Source of the DNA: an uncultured Gemmatimonadales bacterium
GTDB taxonomy: Bacteria > Gemmatimonadota > Gemmatimonadetes > Gemmatimonadales > GWC2-71-9
Direction: 5' to 3'
DNA length: 64,000 bases
Assembly (NCBI GenBank): GCA_963825055.1
Contig: CAWGSK010000011.1
Location: forward strand, 64,001 to 128,000
Below are positions 1 to 12,688 of the stretch, piece by piece (the stretch's first letter is position 1; each line of letters begins with the position of its first letter). Both the position numbers and the translations under genes were made by a program. The notes under the pieces are model-generated. The model worked only from the letters and a program-made list of their open reading frames with translations. It ran no database searches and was not told where the DNA came from.

Positions 1-153
1 CAGGCCGCCCTGGTGGCTGACGTCATCGCCCAGTGGAATGCCTTCGGGGGAAGCGATGGAATGGACTTCCCACAGCCGATGCTGACCGCAACCGCGCAGC
101 GCTGAGCGCGGCAGCGGCAGATCGGACTTCACCGGATCCCTGGAGACCCGCCC

Positions 154-468
154 ATGTGGCTGCTTCTGGTCGCCCTCTTCGGCCTCATCGTCCCCAACGG
201 ACTCTTCGTACACTGGCTCTTCAACGATTACCGCGGGGTGGGCCCGATGCTGGAGGACCAGCTGGCGTTGAGCTTCATGCTCGATGTCCTGCTGGTACTC
301 GTCATCCTGTGCGTCTATTTCGCACGTCGGCCGATCGGGCCCGTCCGGTGGCCATGGTTTCTCCTGCTCTCGCTCCTCGGTGGGCTCGGCTTCAGTCTCC
401 CGCTCTATTACTGGCTCAACCATCGCGAGACCAGCCCAGCCGGCGGGCCTGACCGCGGCCGGGCTTGA
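154..468 (+). CDS. Small integral membrane protein (DUF2834-like)
   Basis: 104 aa with about 3 hydrophobic segments; C-terminal LSLLGGLGFSLPLY resembles DUF2834-type proteins; GGAG upstream. Confidence 0.6.
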   Translation: MWLLLVALFGLIVPNGLFVHWLFNDYRGVGPMLEDQLALSFMLDVLLVLVILCVYFARRPIGPVRWPWFLLLSLLGGLGFSLPLYYWLNHRETSPAGGPDRGRA

Positions 469-536
469 GGAGCGGGATACATATCCACGATACTGTACGG
501 AAGCGCGTCCCTGCGCTTCACCAGCCCGGAGGTCCC

Positions 537-968
537 ATGCGTCCTCAGCCGCTCATCGCCGTCCACGACGTCGCGCGCAGCAGCCAGTGGTACCAGCACG
601 TTCTGGGCTGCCAGAGTGCCCACGGCGGCTCCGACTACGAACGCCTGGAAAAGGACGGCCACCTCGTGCTCCAGCTGCACCGGTTCGAGCTGGCCCATCA
701 CCATGGGCCGATCGGGAATCCCGACGACCGGCCCTACGGCAACGGCGTCCTTCTCTGGTTCGAGATCGACGACTTTGACGAAGCTGTCGGACGGGTGACC
801 GACCTCGAGGCCCCGGTCGTGCTGGAACGTCACCGCAACCCGCCGGACGGAGACGGCGGTCCCAATCACTGGGAAACCTGGATCCTGGATCCCGATGGGT
901 ATACGGTCGTCCTGGCGAGCCCGGACGGCACGGCGGACGGGACCTGGCAACCCGGCTCACCGGCCTGA
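537..968 (+). CDS. VOC/glyoxalase/bleomycin-resistance family protein
   Basis: ATG at 537 after GGAGG; motifs IAVHDVARSSQWY, LLWFEIDDFDEA, ILDPDGYTVVL. Confidence 0.85.
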   Translation: MRPQPLIAVHDVARSSQWYQHVLGCQSAHGGSDYERLEKDGHLVLQLHRFELAHHHGPIGNPDDRPYGNGVLLWFEIDDFDEAVGRVTDLEAPVVLERHRNPPDGDGGPNHWETWILDPDGYTVVLASPDGTADGTWQPGSPA

Positions 969-4222
<3,254 letters not shown>

Positions 4223-4234
4223 AGCGGCGCCGGT

Positions 4235-5128
4235 TTACTGCTGGTCCGCGAGTTTCTTCTGGAACCAGGCCTCCGACCGGTCGATGTAGCCGAGATAGCC
4301 GGCCCGGTCGATGAACGGCTCCACCGGGTCGGCCGCGTCGGCCCGCGCACGGCGTTTGTCTTCCAGGTGGAACCAGCTCGAGTGCGAGGCGAGGAAGATG
4401 TCGGCGGGGAGGCTTCGCAACATAGAGAAGCTGTGCTCGAAATCCTCCCGGATGCCGGGGTAGGTCTCCGGCTCGGTCAGCGAGGTGAACGGCAGCAGCG
4501 TCAGGCTGCAGATATCGACAGCCAGCAGCGTGCGGTCCCCGTCCTGGACGGGGAACGACCACGACGTGCAGCCGGGGGTATGCCCCGCCGTGATGTGCGC
4601 GGTGAGCTCGATCGGACCGAGGCGGATCGTGTCGCCGTCCGTGAACCGGTGGTCAATCCGGGGCACGGCGAACTTGCCGAAGCCGAGGAATTCCAGGTAC
4701 CGGAAGGGCCCGATCGCGTGGCCACCCGCCACAATCGCCTCCGCATCGGGCTCGCTGATCCACAGCTCGGCGCCGGACGCCTCCTGCAGTTCGCGGAGTC
4801 CGCCGGCGTGGTCCGAATGCGCATGGGTGTTGAGCAGTACCTTGACGTCGGCGATGTCGAAGCCGAGCTTCGCGATGCTCCCCATGATCAGCGGGGCCGT
4901 TTCGGGATACCCGCCGTCGATCACGACATGACCCTCCGGCCCGGTGAGCAGGAAGCTGGTGACACCGGTGGAGCCGACGTAGTAGAGGTTGCCGGCGATA
5001 CGGAACGGCTCGTCCGGGATGGAGCGGTTCTTCCTGATGGCCTGCTGCCACTTGACGAAGGCCACCGCCAGCAGAGCGAGCACCACGCCGAGAATGATCA
5101 TCCGCCTGCGTCGCCAGATACGCGCCAT
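4235..5128 (-). CDS. bla: Subclass B3 metallo-beta-lactamase
   Basis: PFRIAGNLYYVG, THAHSDHAGG (HxHxDH), GHTPG, LASH, C-terminal PFIDRAGY. ATG at 5128 gives 297 aa. Confidence 0.88.
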   Translation of the reverse strand: MARIWRRRRMIILGVVLALLAVAFVKWQQAIRKNRSIPDEPFRIAGNLYYVGSTGVTSFLLTGPEGHVVIDGGYPETAPLIMGSIAKLGFDIADVKVLLNTHAHSDHAGGLRELQEASGAELWISEPDAEAIVAGGHAIGPFRYLEFLGFGKFAVPRIDHRFTDGDTIRLGPIELTAHITAGHTPGCTSWSFPVQDGDRTLLAVDICSLTLLPFTSLTEPETYPGIREDFEHSFSMLRSLPADIFLASHSSWFHLEDKRRARADAADPVEPFIDRAGYLGYIDRSEAWFQKKLADQQ

Positions 5129-5164
5129 CGGTTGGGACTTCCTGAATGAAGGAGAGGTGTCAAG

Positions 5165-5183
5165 TACTTTGCAATACAAAGTA
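5165..5183. promoter_or_regulatory. Palindromic operator TACTTTG-N5-CAAAGTA
   Basis: Perfect 7-bp inverted repeat, AT-rich in a GC-rich background, in the divergent intergenic region 36 bp upstream of the bla start. Confidence 0.6.
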
Positions 5184-5291
5184 TGTGCCCTCGCCTGCCC
5201 GGTCAACCCGAACCTCCCGCCCGGGACACAGCCGTCCCCGGGGACAGGCGCGGACTCCCGTGGCTCTTCCTGTCGTGTGACGGCCCCGTAG

Positions 5292-5891
5292 ATGGGGGTG
5301 TCCAGGACGCCCCGGTCACCCGTCGTCAAGCAGCTCAGACTGGCGAGCCTCCTCGCCGCGGGATGGGCATTCGGATACGGGCTGTATCGCTGGTACTACG
5401 CGCTGGGCGGAACCATCGGAATGCATGGGACGCCGGTGTCACTGGCCCAGTGGCACCGGATCAACGCCATTGGTGGTGTCGTGATGTTTGTCGCTGCGCT
5501 GCTGCCCCCGCTGTTGATGCCACTCTGGCAGCGAGATCGGGCACGCCCGTTCCTGCTGGTGATCTGCTGGCTGGTCGCGGTCGCCTGCGCCTCCCATGCC
5601 CTGATCGACATCCTGCAGCGCATCCTGAGCCTCGGTGGGGTTCTTACAATCAGCTACCCTTTCTGGCAGACGATTGATCGGCGACAGGCCGACCTGCAGA
5701 TTCTGTTATTCAACGAGCCGTGGTTCCTCGTCGAGGGGCTGTTGTGGGCTGCCATCGCCTGGGAGGGCGCGCTGGCGATTTCCCCCCGGCGCCGGTGGTG
5801 GCTCGGCACGGCACTCGCGGCTACCCTGGTGTTGACGGGAATCGGGCTGCTGTCGGCGTTCGGGGTGATCGGGAAGTGGATCGTCGGATGA
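5292..5891 (+). CDS. Integral membrane protein (DUF3995-like)
   Basis: About 5 TM segments; YWYYALGG-like start and 'LFNEPWFLVEGLLW'; stop overlaps next start (ATGA). Confidence 0.6.
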   Translation: MGVSRTPRSPVVKQLRLASLLAAGWAFGYGLYRWYYALGGTIGMHGTPVSLAQWHRINAIGGVVMFVAALLPPLLMPLWQRDRARPFLLVICWLVAVACASHALIDILQRILSLGGVLTISYPFWQTIDRRQADLQILLFNEPWFLVEGLLWAAIAWEGALAISPRRRWWLGTALAATLVLTGIGLLSAFGVIGKWIVG

Positions 5892-6682
5892 CGACCCTCG
5901 CCCGCGTGGCCCTCGCGAATCTCCGGTTCCCGGCTTCACGGGACGACTCCGTCGTGCTGGCGTGTGATGCCGTGCTCGAGGCCGGAGACAAGGGGGCGGC
6001 GATCATCTGCTTTCCGGAATGCTTCGTCCCCGGCTACCGGGTACCCGGGCGGGTAATGCCGGCTCCCGACGCCACCTTTCTCCAGCACGCCTGGACCACG
6101 GTGGGCGCCGCCGCCGCGCGCGCGGGCGTGGCGGTGATCCTTGGCACGGAGCGCGTCGTTGAAGGGCACCTCGTGGCCTCTGCCGTGGTGATCGACGCGG
6201 ACGGGACCATGGCGGGGCATCAGGACAAGGTCCAGATCGATCCGACGGAGGAAGGCACATACACGCCGGGGACCGATCGACATATTTTTCGAGCGGGCGG
6301 CATGACGTTCGGGGTGGTGGTCTGCCACGAGGGCTGGCGCTATCCGGAAACCGTCCGGTGGGCTGTCCGCAGCGGGGCGGCGGTCGTCTTTCATCCGCAC
6401 TTCCACGCCGCGGACGGCACGAGCTTTCGGCCCACCGTGTTCGGAGACCCGGCCAATACCTTCCACGAGAAGGCCCTGCTCTGCCGGGCGGCGGAGAACA
6501 CCTGCTGGTTCGCCTCGGTGAACTATGCCGGGGCCGGGTCGCCCACCACCTCGGCGGTGATCGACCCCGATGGCACCGTGGTCGCCTACCAGCCCTACGG
6601 CCGCGAGGGTTTGCTCCTCGCGGACCTGGACCTCGACCGGGCGACCGGCCTGCTCGCCAGGCGATACCGTGTGGTCGAATGA
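5888..6682 (+). CDS. Carbon-nitrogen hydrolase (nitrilase/amidase) family
   Basis: Glu-Lys-Cys triad motifs CFPEC, QDKVQ, VVCHEG; RAAENTCW. Confidence 0.88.
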   Translation: MTTLARVALANLRFPASRDDSVVLACDAVLEAGDKGAAIICFPECFVPGYRVPGRVMPAPDATFLQHAWTTVGAAAARAGVAVILGTERVVEGHLVASAVVIDADGTMAGHQDKVQIDPTEEGTYTPGTDRHIFRAGGMTFGVVVCHEGWRYPETVRWAVRSGAAVVFHPHFHAADGTSFRPTVFGDPANTFHEKALLCRAAENTCWFASVNYAGAGSPTTSAVIDPDGTVVAYQPYGREGLLLADLDLDRATGLLARRYRVVE

Positions 6683-6784
6683 ACACCCCCCCTGCACGCG
6701 GAGGTTCTCATGTACGTCGTCATGCTCGGCAGCCCGGCTACCTGCCAGCCCCGCGCGCCAGCCCGCGGGATAGGCGGTTAGGCG

Positions 6785-7795
6785 GTGTACAGCACCTGCC
6801 TGTTCTGTAACCGCCCCCTCGGCACCAACCAGGTGCTCGAGGAGTTCCCGGTGGGCCGGCGCCTGGCATTCGACGCCGCCAGGGGGCGGCTGTGGGTCGT
6901 GTGCCAGAAGTGTGAGCGCTGGAATCTCACGCCCATCGAAGAGCGCTGGGAAGCGGTGGAAGCCTGCGAGCGAATCTTCCGGGAAACACGGCTGCGCGTC
7001 TCGACCGGCAATATCGGACTTGGCAGGCACGCGGAGGGGCTTCAACTGGTTCGCATCGGCGAGCCCCTGAGGCCCGAGTTCGCCGCCTGGCGCTATGGTG
7101 ACCAGTTCGGCCGGCGGCGCAGGCGGACGATGCTCTACACTGCCGGAGGCCTCGGGCTCCTCGCCGGAATCAGCCTTGTGGGGCCGGTTATCGTTGGTGG
7201 GTCGGGACTGGGTGGTTACTGGCTCTGGCAGGCGTGGGAGGGCATTGCGGCTTCACGGACCCGCGTCCGGCTCCACACCGATGATGGACGACTGATCAAG
7301 CTCAGGCGGGATGATCTGCCCACGGCGCGCCTTCGTCCCATGGACGACGGGACCAGCTTCCGACTCTCGCTCCTCAAGGGCAGGAAGCAGGAGTGGTTTG
7401 AAGGGGACGAGGCCCGGCGCTTCGCCACCCGGATCATCCCCAGCATGAACCGGATGGGTGGCCGCAAGGTCACAGTGCAGGCGGCCGTCCAGGAGATTGA
7501 GGCGCGCGGCCATCCTGATCGCTTCCTGGCTGACGTGGTTCACGGTGACCGTTTCCGGGGGAGAAAGGGCGCGCCGGGCTACATCCACAAGATGCCGGCG
7601 CCTACGAAGCTCGCGCTGGAGATGGCTCTGCACGAGGAAGAGGAACGCCGGGCGCTGGACGGCGAGCTGTGGCGCCTGGAGCGAGCCTGGCGGGAGGCCG
7701 AGGAGATCGCGACGATCGCCGATGACCTCCTGCCGGCCCCAGGTGCAGGCACGTTCATTGATCGGCACCGGGGGGCGAAATCCGCCGATTCGTAA
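6785..7795 (+). CDS. Conserved hypothetical membrane protein with N-terminal zinc-ribbon (two CxxC)
   Basis: CLFC and CQKC near N-terminus, central TM hairpin, coiled C-terminus. Confidence 0.7.
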   Translation: MYSTCLFCNRPLGTNQVLEEFPVGRRLAFDAARGRLWVVCQKCERWNLTPIEERWEAVEACERIFRETRLRVSTGNIGLGRHAEGLQLVRIGEPLRPEFAAWRYGDQFGRRRRRTMLYTAGGLGLLAGISLVGPVIVGGSGLGGYWLWQAWEGIAASRTRVRLHTDDGRLIKLRRDDLPTARLRPMDDGTSFRLSLLKGRKQEWFEGDEARRFATRIIPSMNRMGGRKVTVQAAVQEIEARGHPDRFLADVVHGDRFRGRKGAPGYIHKMPAPTKLALEMALHEEEERRALDGELWRLERAWREAEEIATIADDLLPAPGAGTFIDRHRGAKSADS

Positions 7796-7911
7796 CGGTA
7801 CGCCACGGACGATACGGGCTTCCGTCCAGCGATATTCGGCGGCCCCGTCAACACTACTCCCGCGGACCGGGGCGTTGTCCCCGGGTGGCTGTGCCCCCCA
7901 CACCCTCCCAC

Positions 7912-7917
7912 TACATT
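7912..7917 (+). promoter_or_regulatory. Putative -10 element (TACATT) of a leaderless transcript
   Basis: TAnnnT hexamer ending 7 nt before the ATG at 7924; no Shine-Dalgarno. Confidence 0.4.
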
Positions 7918-7923
7918 TCTGCC

Positions 7924-8550
7924 ATGGACCAGGCAGACCTCCAGGGCGTCTTGGCGTTCCTCCGGGCGGCCGAGCGACTCAAGACCGTGACGAGAAGCGC
8001 GTGGACCTCGACGGGTGAGCCCGAGAGCGTCGCCGAGCATACCTGGCGTGTCACCCTTCTCGCGCTCCTGCTGGGGCCTGAGTTTCCCGAGGTCGATTTC
8101 TCGCGTCTGGCCAGGATCTGCATCGTCCATGACCTCGGCGAGGCGATCGGCGGCGATGTGCCCGCCCCGGAGCAGGAACGCCGCGGGGCGGCGGGGGAGG
8201 CCACCGGCAAGGGCGAGGACGAACGGCGTGACCTGGTGACGCTGCTGGGCCCCCTGCCGGAGCCGCAGCGGAGGGAAATCCTTGCCCTGTGGGACGAGTA
8301 CGAGGCGGCGGAAACGCCGGAGGCGAGGCTCGCGAAGGCGATCGACAAGCTGGAAACCATCCTCCAGCACGTCCAGGGCCGCAACCCGGCCAACTTCGAC
8401 TACCAGTTCAATCTCGATTATGGCCGGACCCACACCGCCTCGCCCCCGCTCATCGCGGAGCTGCGGCGGATGCTCGATGCGGCCACCGGGGAGCGGGCCG
8501 CGGAGCAGGAGAGGCGGGCAGCCAGGATCCCTCCCGATAGCGCACCGTGA
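7924..8550 (+). CDS. HD domain phosphohydrolase (HD_3/YfbR-like)
   Basis: LKTVTRSAW, ESVAEHTWR, IVHDLGEA, KAIDKLETILQH. Confidence 0.88.
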   Translation: MDQADLQGVLAFLRAAERLKTVTRSAWTSTGEPESVAEHTWRVTLLALLLGPEFPEVDFSRLARICIVHDLGEAIGGDVPAPEQERRGAAGEATGKGEDERRDLVTLLGPLPEPQRREILALWDEYEAAETPEARLAKAIDKLETILQHVQGRNPANFDYQFNLDYGRTHTASPPLIAELRRMLDAATGERAAEQERRAARIPPDSAP

Positions 8551-8581
8551 TGTCCACCGTCCCATCCGCCGCGGCCAGCTC

Positions 8582-9448
8582 ATGAAGCCCGAACCGCCGG
8601 TCCGCGGCCTGGCGGACACCGCCCGCTGGGTCGCCCTCTACCGCGCCGATGAAACCGAACGCCCCGACGCCCATTTCCATGATCCCTGGGCACGCGACCT
8701 CGCCGGCCCCCGGGGCTCGGAGGTCTATGCCGCCCTGCCCCGGCCGGTCCGGAAGATCGGATGGTCGTTTGTCGCGCGCACGGTGCTCTTCGACCGTCTT
8801 GTGCTCGACGAGGTCGCCTCCGGGGCCACGACGGTCCTCAACCTCGCCGCGGGCCTCGATACCCGACCCTACCGGCTCGCCCTGCCCTCCACCCTGCGAT
8901 GGATCGAGGTGGACCAGGCCCAGCTGCTCGAGGAAAAGGCGTCGGTCCTGGCGGGGGTTGAGCCGAGGTGCCGTCTCGAGCGCGTCGCCCTTGACCTGAC
9001 CGACGTTAGCGCCAGGCAGGCCCTCTTCCGGAAACACGCCGGACCGGGGCAGCGGGTGCTGGTCATGACGGAAGGCCTGCTGATCTACCTGACGGAGCCC
9101 CAGGTGGCCAGCCTGGCGGAAGATCTCCGGCAGCCCGGGTTCGCCGCGTGGGCGACTGAACTCGTTTCGCCGCGGCTGTTCCAGATTATGCAGCGCGGGG
9201 TGGGGCGGCAGCTGGAAACCGGCGGAGCCGGATTCCGTTTCGCCCCGCAGGCGGGGCCGGCATTCTTCCCGCCCCTGGGCTGGGAGCCCGCGGCGGTACA
9301 TCCGATCATGCCGGCCGCCGCGCGGCTCAAACGCCTCCCGCTGCTGCTCCGCCTCTTCGCCAGCCTCCCCGGCGCCGGTACGTTTCATCCGCGGCGGCCG
9401 TGGTCGGCCGTCTGCCTGTTACGACCCATCGCCCGTACTGCATCCTGA
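8582..9448 (+). CDS. SAM-dependent methyltransferase (LCM/TIGR00027-like)
   Basis: TARWVALYRA, ARTVLFD, VLNLAAGLDTRPYRL, EGLLIYL. Confidence 0.88.
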   Translation: MKPEPPVRGLADTARWVALYRADETERPDAHFHDPWARDLAGPRGSEVYAALPRPVRKIGWSFVARTVLFDRLVLDEVASGATTVLNLAAGLDTRPYRLALPSTLRWIEVDQAQLLEEKASVLAGVEPRCRLERVALDLTDVSARQALFRKHAGPGQRVLVMTEGLLIYLTEPQVASLAEDLRQPGFAAWATELVSPRLFQIMQRGVGRQLETGGAGFRFAPQAGPAFFPPLGWEPAAVHPIMPAAARLKRLPLLLRLFASLPGAGTFHPRRPWSAVCLLRPIARTAS

Positions 9449-9468
9449 AGCACGACTGAGGAACGACC

Positions 9469-10233
9469 ATGAGAAATCCCTTCACGGCCCCTGGCATGGC
9501 GACCGCAGCCCTGATCATCCTGTTCCCCTGCGTGGGTACGGTGGAGGGCCAGCAGGAACCTGATCCAGCCGCCACCGAGGTCTGGGAACCGGTCCCGCCG
9601 ATGGTGACGCCGGGCACCGGCGGGGCGGCACCCTCTGACGCCATCGTACTGTTCGACGGCACTAACCTGTCCGCCTGGGCGGATGACAGCGGACACGCCG
9701 CACGGTGGAAGGTGGCTGCCGGCGCCGTGACCGTCGTCGCCGGCACCGGCGCCATCCGCACCCGGCAGGCTTTCGGTGACTGCCAGCTGCACATCGAGTG
9801 GCGCACGCCGGCCGAGGTGAAGGGCGAGGGGCAGGAACGCGGCAACAGCGGCGTCTTCCTGCAGGAACGCTACGAGGTGCAGGTGCTCGACTCCTGGAAC
9901 AATCGCACCTACTCCAATGGCCAGGCGGCGAGTATCTACAAGCAGTACATCCCGCTGGTGAACGCCAGCCGCCGTCCGGGCGAGTGGCAGACATACGACA
10001 TCTTCTTCCGCGCGCCGCGATTCACGCCCGACAGCACGCTGGTGAGTCCGGGGTATGTGACCGTCGTGCACAATGGCGTGCTGGTCCAGGATCACGTCGA
10101 GCTGAAGGGAGTCACGGTCTACCGGGGCGAGCCGTTCTACCTGGCGCATGGGCCTCTGCCCCTCCTGCTCCAGGACCACGGCACGCCGGTCAGCTACCGG
10201 AATATCTGGATCCGTGAACTGCGGGAACCGTGA
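9469..10233 (+). CDS. DUF1080 family (3-keto-disaccharide hydrolase-like), secreted
   Basis: Signal peptide; PSDAIVLFDG, FGDCQLHIEW, GNSGVF, YEVQVLDS, LQDHG, YRNIWIREL. Confidence 0.9.
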   Translation: MRNPFTAPGMATAALIILFPCVGTVEGQQEPDPAATEVWEPVPPMVTPGTGGAAPSDAIVLFDGTNLSAWADDSGHAARWKVAAGAVTVVAGTGAIRTRQAFGDCQLHIEWRTPAEVKGEGQERGNSGVFLQERYEVQVLDSWNNRTYSNGQAASIYKQYIPLVNASRRPGEWQTYDIFFRAPRFTPDSTLVSPGYVTVVHNGVLVQDHVELKGVTVYRGEPFYLAHGPLPLLLQDHGTPVSYRNIWIRELREP

Positions 10234-10604
10234 ACGGCGCATCATCGCGAACGACGCGGTGGCCTTCACCCGAGCAGGCCCTTCGCGCCGTGCGGACCCT
10301 CCATACGACCGTCTGGGTGTTCTTCGTGGGCGCGATCCTGGCCATCCCCGTTTTCGCATGGCAGGGACGGTTCATGCCGGCCCTCCTGTCCGCCGGCATC
10401 GTGCTGGTCGAGGTGATCATCCTCGCCGCCAACCGCATGCGCTGTCCGCTGACCGATGTGGCTGCCCGCTACACGGACGACCGCCGGGACAATTTCGATA
10501 TCTACCTGCCACTTCTCGTGGCCCGGTACAACAAGCAGATTTTCGGCCCCCTCTACGTGGCGGGCCTCATGTTCGCCCTGATTCTCTGGCTCCGATCCGC
10601 CTGA
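10230..10604 (+). CDS. Hypothetical membrane protein
   Basis: 3 TM segments with CPLT and NFDIYLP motifs; overlaps upstream stop. Confidence 0.65.
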   Translation: MNGASSRTTRWPSPEQALRAVRTLHTTVWVFFVGAILAIPVFAWQGRFMPALLSAGIVLVEVIILAANRMRCPLTDVAARYTDDRRDNFDIYLPLLVARYNKQIFGPLYVAGLMFALILWLRSA

Positions 10605-10630
10605 CCAGTCATTCCCAGCCATCCGACGAC

Positions 10631-11152
10631 ATGATACCCTTCGACCCCCAACCGGTGCTTTCCGGTGACCTCGTTCACCTCCGGCCTCTGTGCGAAACCG
10701 ACTGGGACGACCTGTACGCCGTCGCCCGGGACCCGCTCATCTGGGCGGAGCACCCGATGCACGACCGCCATCAGGAAGCCGTCTTTCGCGGATTCTTCCG
10801 GGAGGCCATGGACTCGGGGGGTGCCCTGCTCATCCGCGAGGCGACCAGCGGGACGGTGATCGGCTCCTCACGGTATCACGGCTACGACTCCTCCCGCCGT
10901 GTGGTAGAGATCGGCTGGACCTTCCTGGCGCGGGCCTGCTGGGGCGGACGCTACAACGCGGAGGTCAAGCGCCTCATGATGGACCATGCCTTCCAGTCGG
11001 TCGATAGCGTCATTTTTCTCGTGGGACCGGAGAACTACCGCTCCCGTCGGGCGGTGGAGAAGGTCGGCGGGACGCTGGACGGCACCCGGAAGAACGGCCG
11101 TGGTGAAGCGAGCCTGGTCTATCGCATCTCACGCGGGTCACGCGTCCCATGA
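10631..11152 (+). CDS. GNAT N-acetyltransferase (RimJ/RimL-like)
   Basis: VIGSSRY, VEIGWTFLAR, N.RSRRAVEKVG. Confidence 0.88.
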   Translation: MIPFDPQPVLSGDLVHLRPLCETDWDDLYAVARDPLIWAEHPMHDRHQEAVFRGFFREAMDSGGALLIREATSGTVIGSSRYHGYDSSRRVVEIGWTFLARACWGGRYNAEVKRLMMDHAFQSVDSVIFLVGPENYRSRRAVEKVGGTLDGTRKNGRGEASLVYRISRGSRVP

Positions 11153-11697
11153 ACAACGTGGTCCGAATCCACTGCCCATCGGTCCTGATAGGCGTCCTGC
11201 TCGGGGGCGTCCTGGGCATTGCCGCCTGCGGGAACCATGCGCGCACTGGAACCGACGCGCGCACCACAGCCGCCCGGGGCAACCGGGAGCCCCCGGCGGA
11301 TTCGGCCTTCCCGGGCGTGCCGGATTCAGCCTGGGTCGAACTGACCGGTCCAGCCATCATCGCGTTCCATCCCCTGGCATCGAATGAGGAGCTCGAGGTT
11401 GACGAGGGGCTGGCATCGACACTGGACGATTTCGCCTACTACCTGGGGACCGGGATGGACTCGCTGGCGGCAACGGGTATCGTGGTTTCCTATCATGCCG
11501 GAGACACGGTGTGGCTCCGCGCTGGTCACCGCGGTTCGCGATTCATCCGGAACCCCGACAGCGCCACGGTGGGGTACCTCTTTGCGGATACGCTGGGGCG
11601 CCGCGCCGTGGTCTATGGGGTCCGCACCGATGACGACCTGCTGGGTTATGCCCGCGAGTTCATCCGGACGGGCCAGATCGGGTCCGGATTGCGGTGA
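11149..11697 (+). CDS. Hypothetical lipoprotein
   Basis: Lipobox-like IAAC after hydrophobic stretch; ATGA overlap with GNAT stop. Confidence 0.55.
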   Translation: MNNVVRIHCPSVLIGVLLGGVLGIAACGNHARTGTDARTTAARGNREPPADSAFPGVPDSAWVELTGPAIIAFHPLASNEELEVDEGLASTLDDFAYYLGTGMDSLAATGIVVSYHAGDTVWLRAGHRGSRFIRNPDSATVGYLFADTLGRRAVVYGVRTDDDLLGYAREFIRTGQIGSGLR

Positions 11698-11777
11698 GCC
11701 TGAAGGAGGTGCGTGGCCAGCCCCATGTTTGCCGGCCCGCACCCCGGTTCGTACATTCCGGAAGACCGGGAGGAATC

Positions 11778-12218
11778 ATGCGACATCTGCTCGTGGCGCT
11801 CGCCTGCGCCGGTCTCGCGGCCTGCTCCTCGGGGGGCTCGGGCGGGACCACCGGACCCGGCAACACCCCCGCACCAACGCTGACGTGGACGGGCGACTTT
11901 CACCCCGTGGCACACACCGTCACGGGCATGGCCGATGTCTACATGACGGGCAGCGCATCGGAGGTACGCTTCACGTCCACCTTCGCCACCCAGGCCAACC
12001 CGAATCTGGAGGTCTGGCTGGTGGGAGCCGACGACGTCACCGACAACATGACGGTGCTCCAGTCGGCGCACGTGAGCCTGGGGCCGCTCCAGAGCGCCAC
12101 CGGGGCGCAGGCCTACCCGGTGCCGGGCGGCGTGGATATCAGCCAGTACCGCTCGGTGGTCGTCTGGTGCGTGTCCGCCCAGGTGAACTTTGCCACTGCC
12201 CCCCTGATGATGCGGTGA
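11778..12218 (+). CDS. DM13 domain lipoprotein
   Basis: GGAGGA RBS; lipobox LAAC; PNLEVWL, SLGPLQS.TGAQAY, YRSVVVWC..AQVNFATA. Confidence 0.85.
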   Translation: MRHLLVALACAGLAACSSGGSGGTTGPGNTPAPTLTWTGDFHPVAHTVTGMADVYMTGSASEVRFTSTFATQANPNLEVWLVGADDVTDNMTVLQSAHVSLGPLQSATGAQAYPVPGGVDISQYRSVVVWCVSAQVNFATAPLMMR

Positions 12219-12223
12219 GCCCG

Positions 12224-12688
12224 ATGCCTCCACGGCGAATCTCCTCCGCCCAGACCTTCGTGATGAAGTTCATCTTCCCGGCCGTGTGGATCGGGGTGTT
12301 CGCGCTGGTCACGCTGGGCCTGCTCCTCCATCCCGCCCGGTCGCCGGAATCGGAGGCGAAATGGATACTCCTCCTGGTGGCCCTGGTGGGCGGGACCTTC
12401 ATCTACCTGTTCTGCGTCCGGCTCAAGCGCGTCGTGCTGGACGCCAGGGCGCTCCGCGTATCCAACTACCGGGAGGAACTCACGATCCCGCTCCAGGACG
12501 TCGAACGCGTGAGCGAGTTCCGGTGGGTCAATATCCACCCGGTCACCATTCACCTCGTGCGACCCTCCGAATTCGGTGACCGCATCGTGTTCATGCCGAA
12601 GTTCCGGATGTTCTCCTGGGCGTCCACGCACCCCGTGGTTGACGAGCTGCGCGAGGCGGTCTCGCGCGCGCGAGGCGCCCCGTCATGA
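12224..12688 (+). CDS. Hypothetical membrane protein (2 TM plus PH-like tail)
   Basis: ATG 5 nt after DM13 stop; two TM helices then beta-rich domain. Confidence 0.65.
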   Translation: MPPRRISSAQTFVMKFIFPAVWIGVFALVTLGLLLHPARSPESEAKWILLLVALVGGTFIYLFCVRLKRVVLDARALRVSNYREELTIPLQDVERVSEFRWVNIHPVTIHLVRPSEFGDRIVFMPKFRMFSWASTHPVVDELREAVSRARGAPS

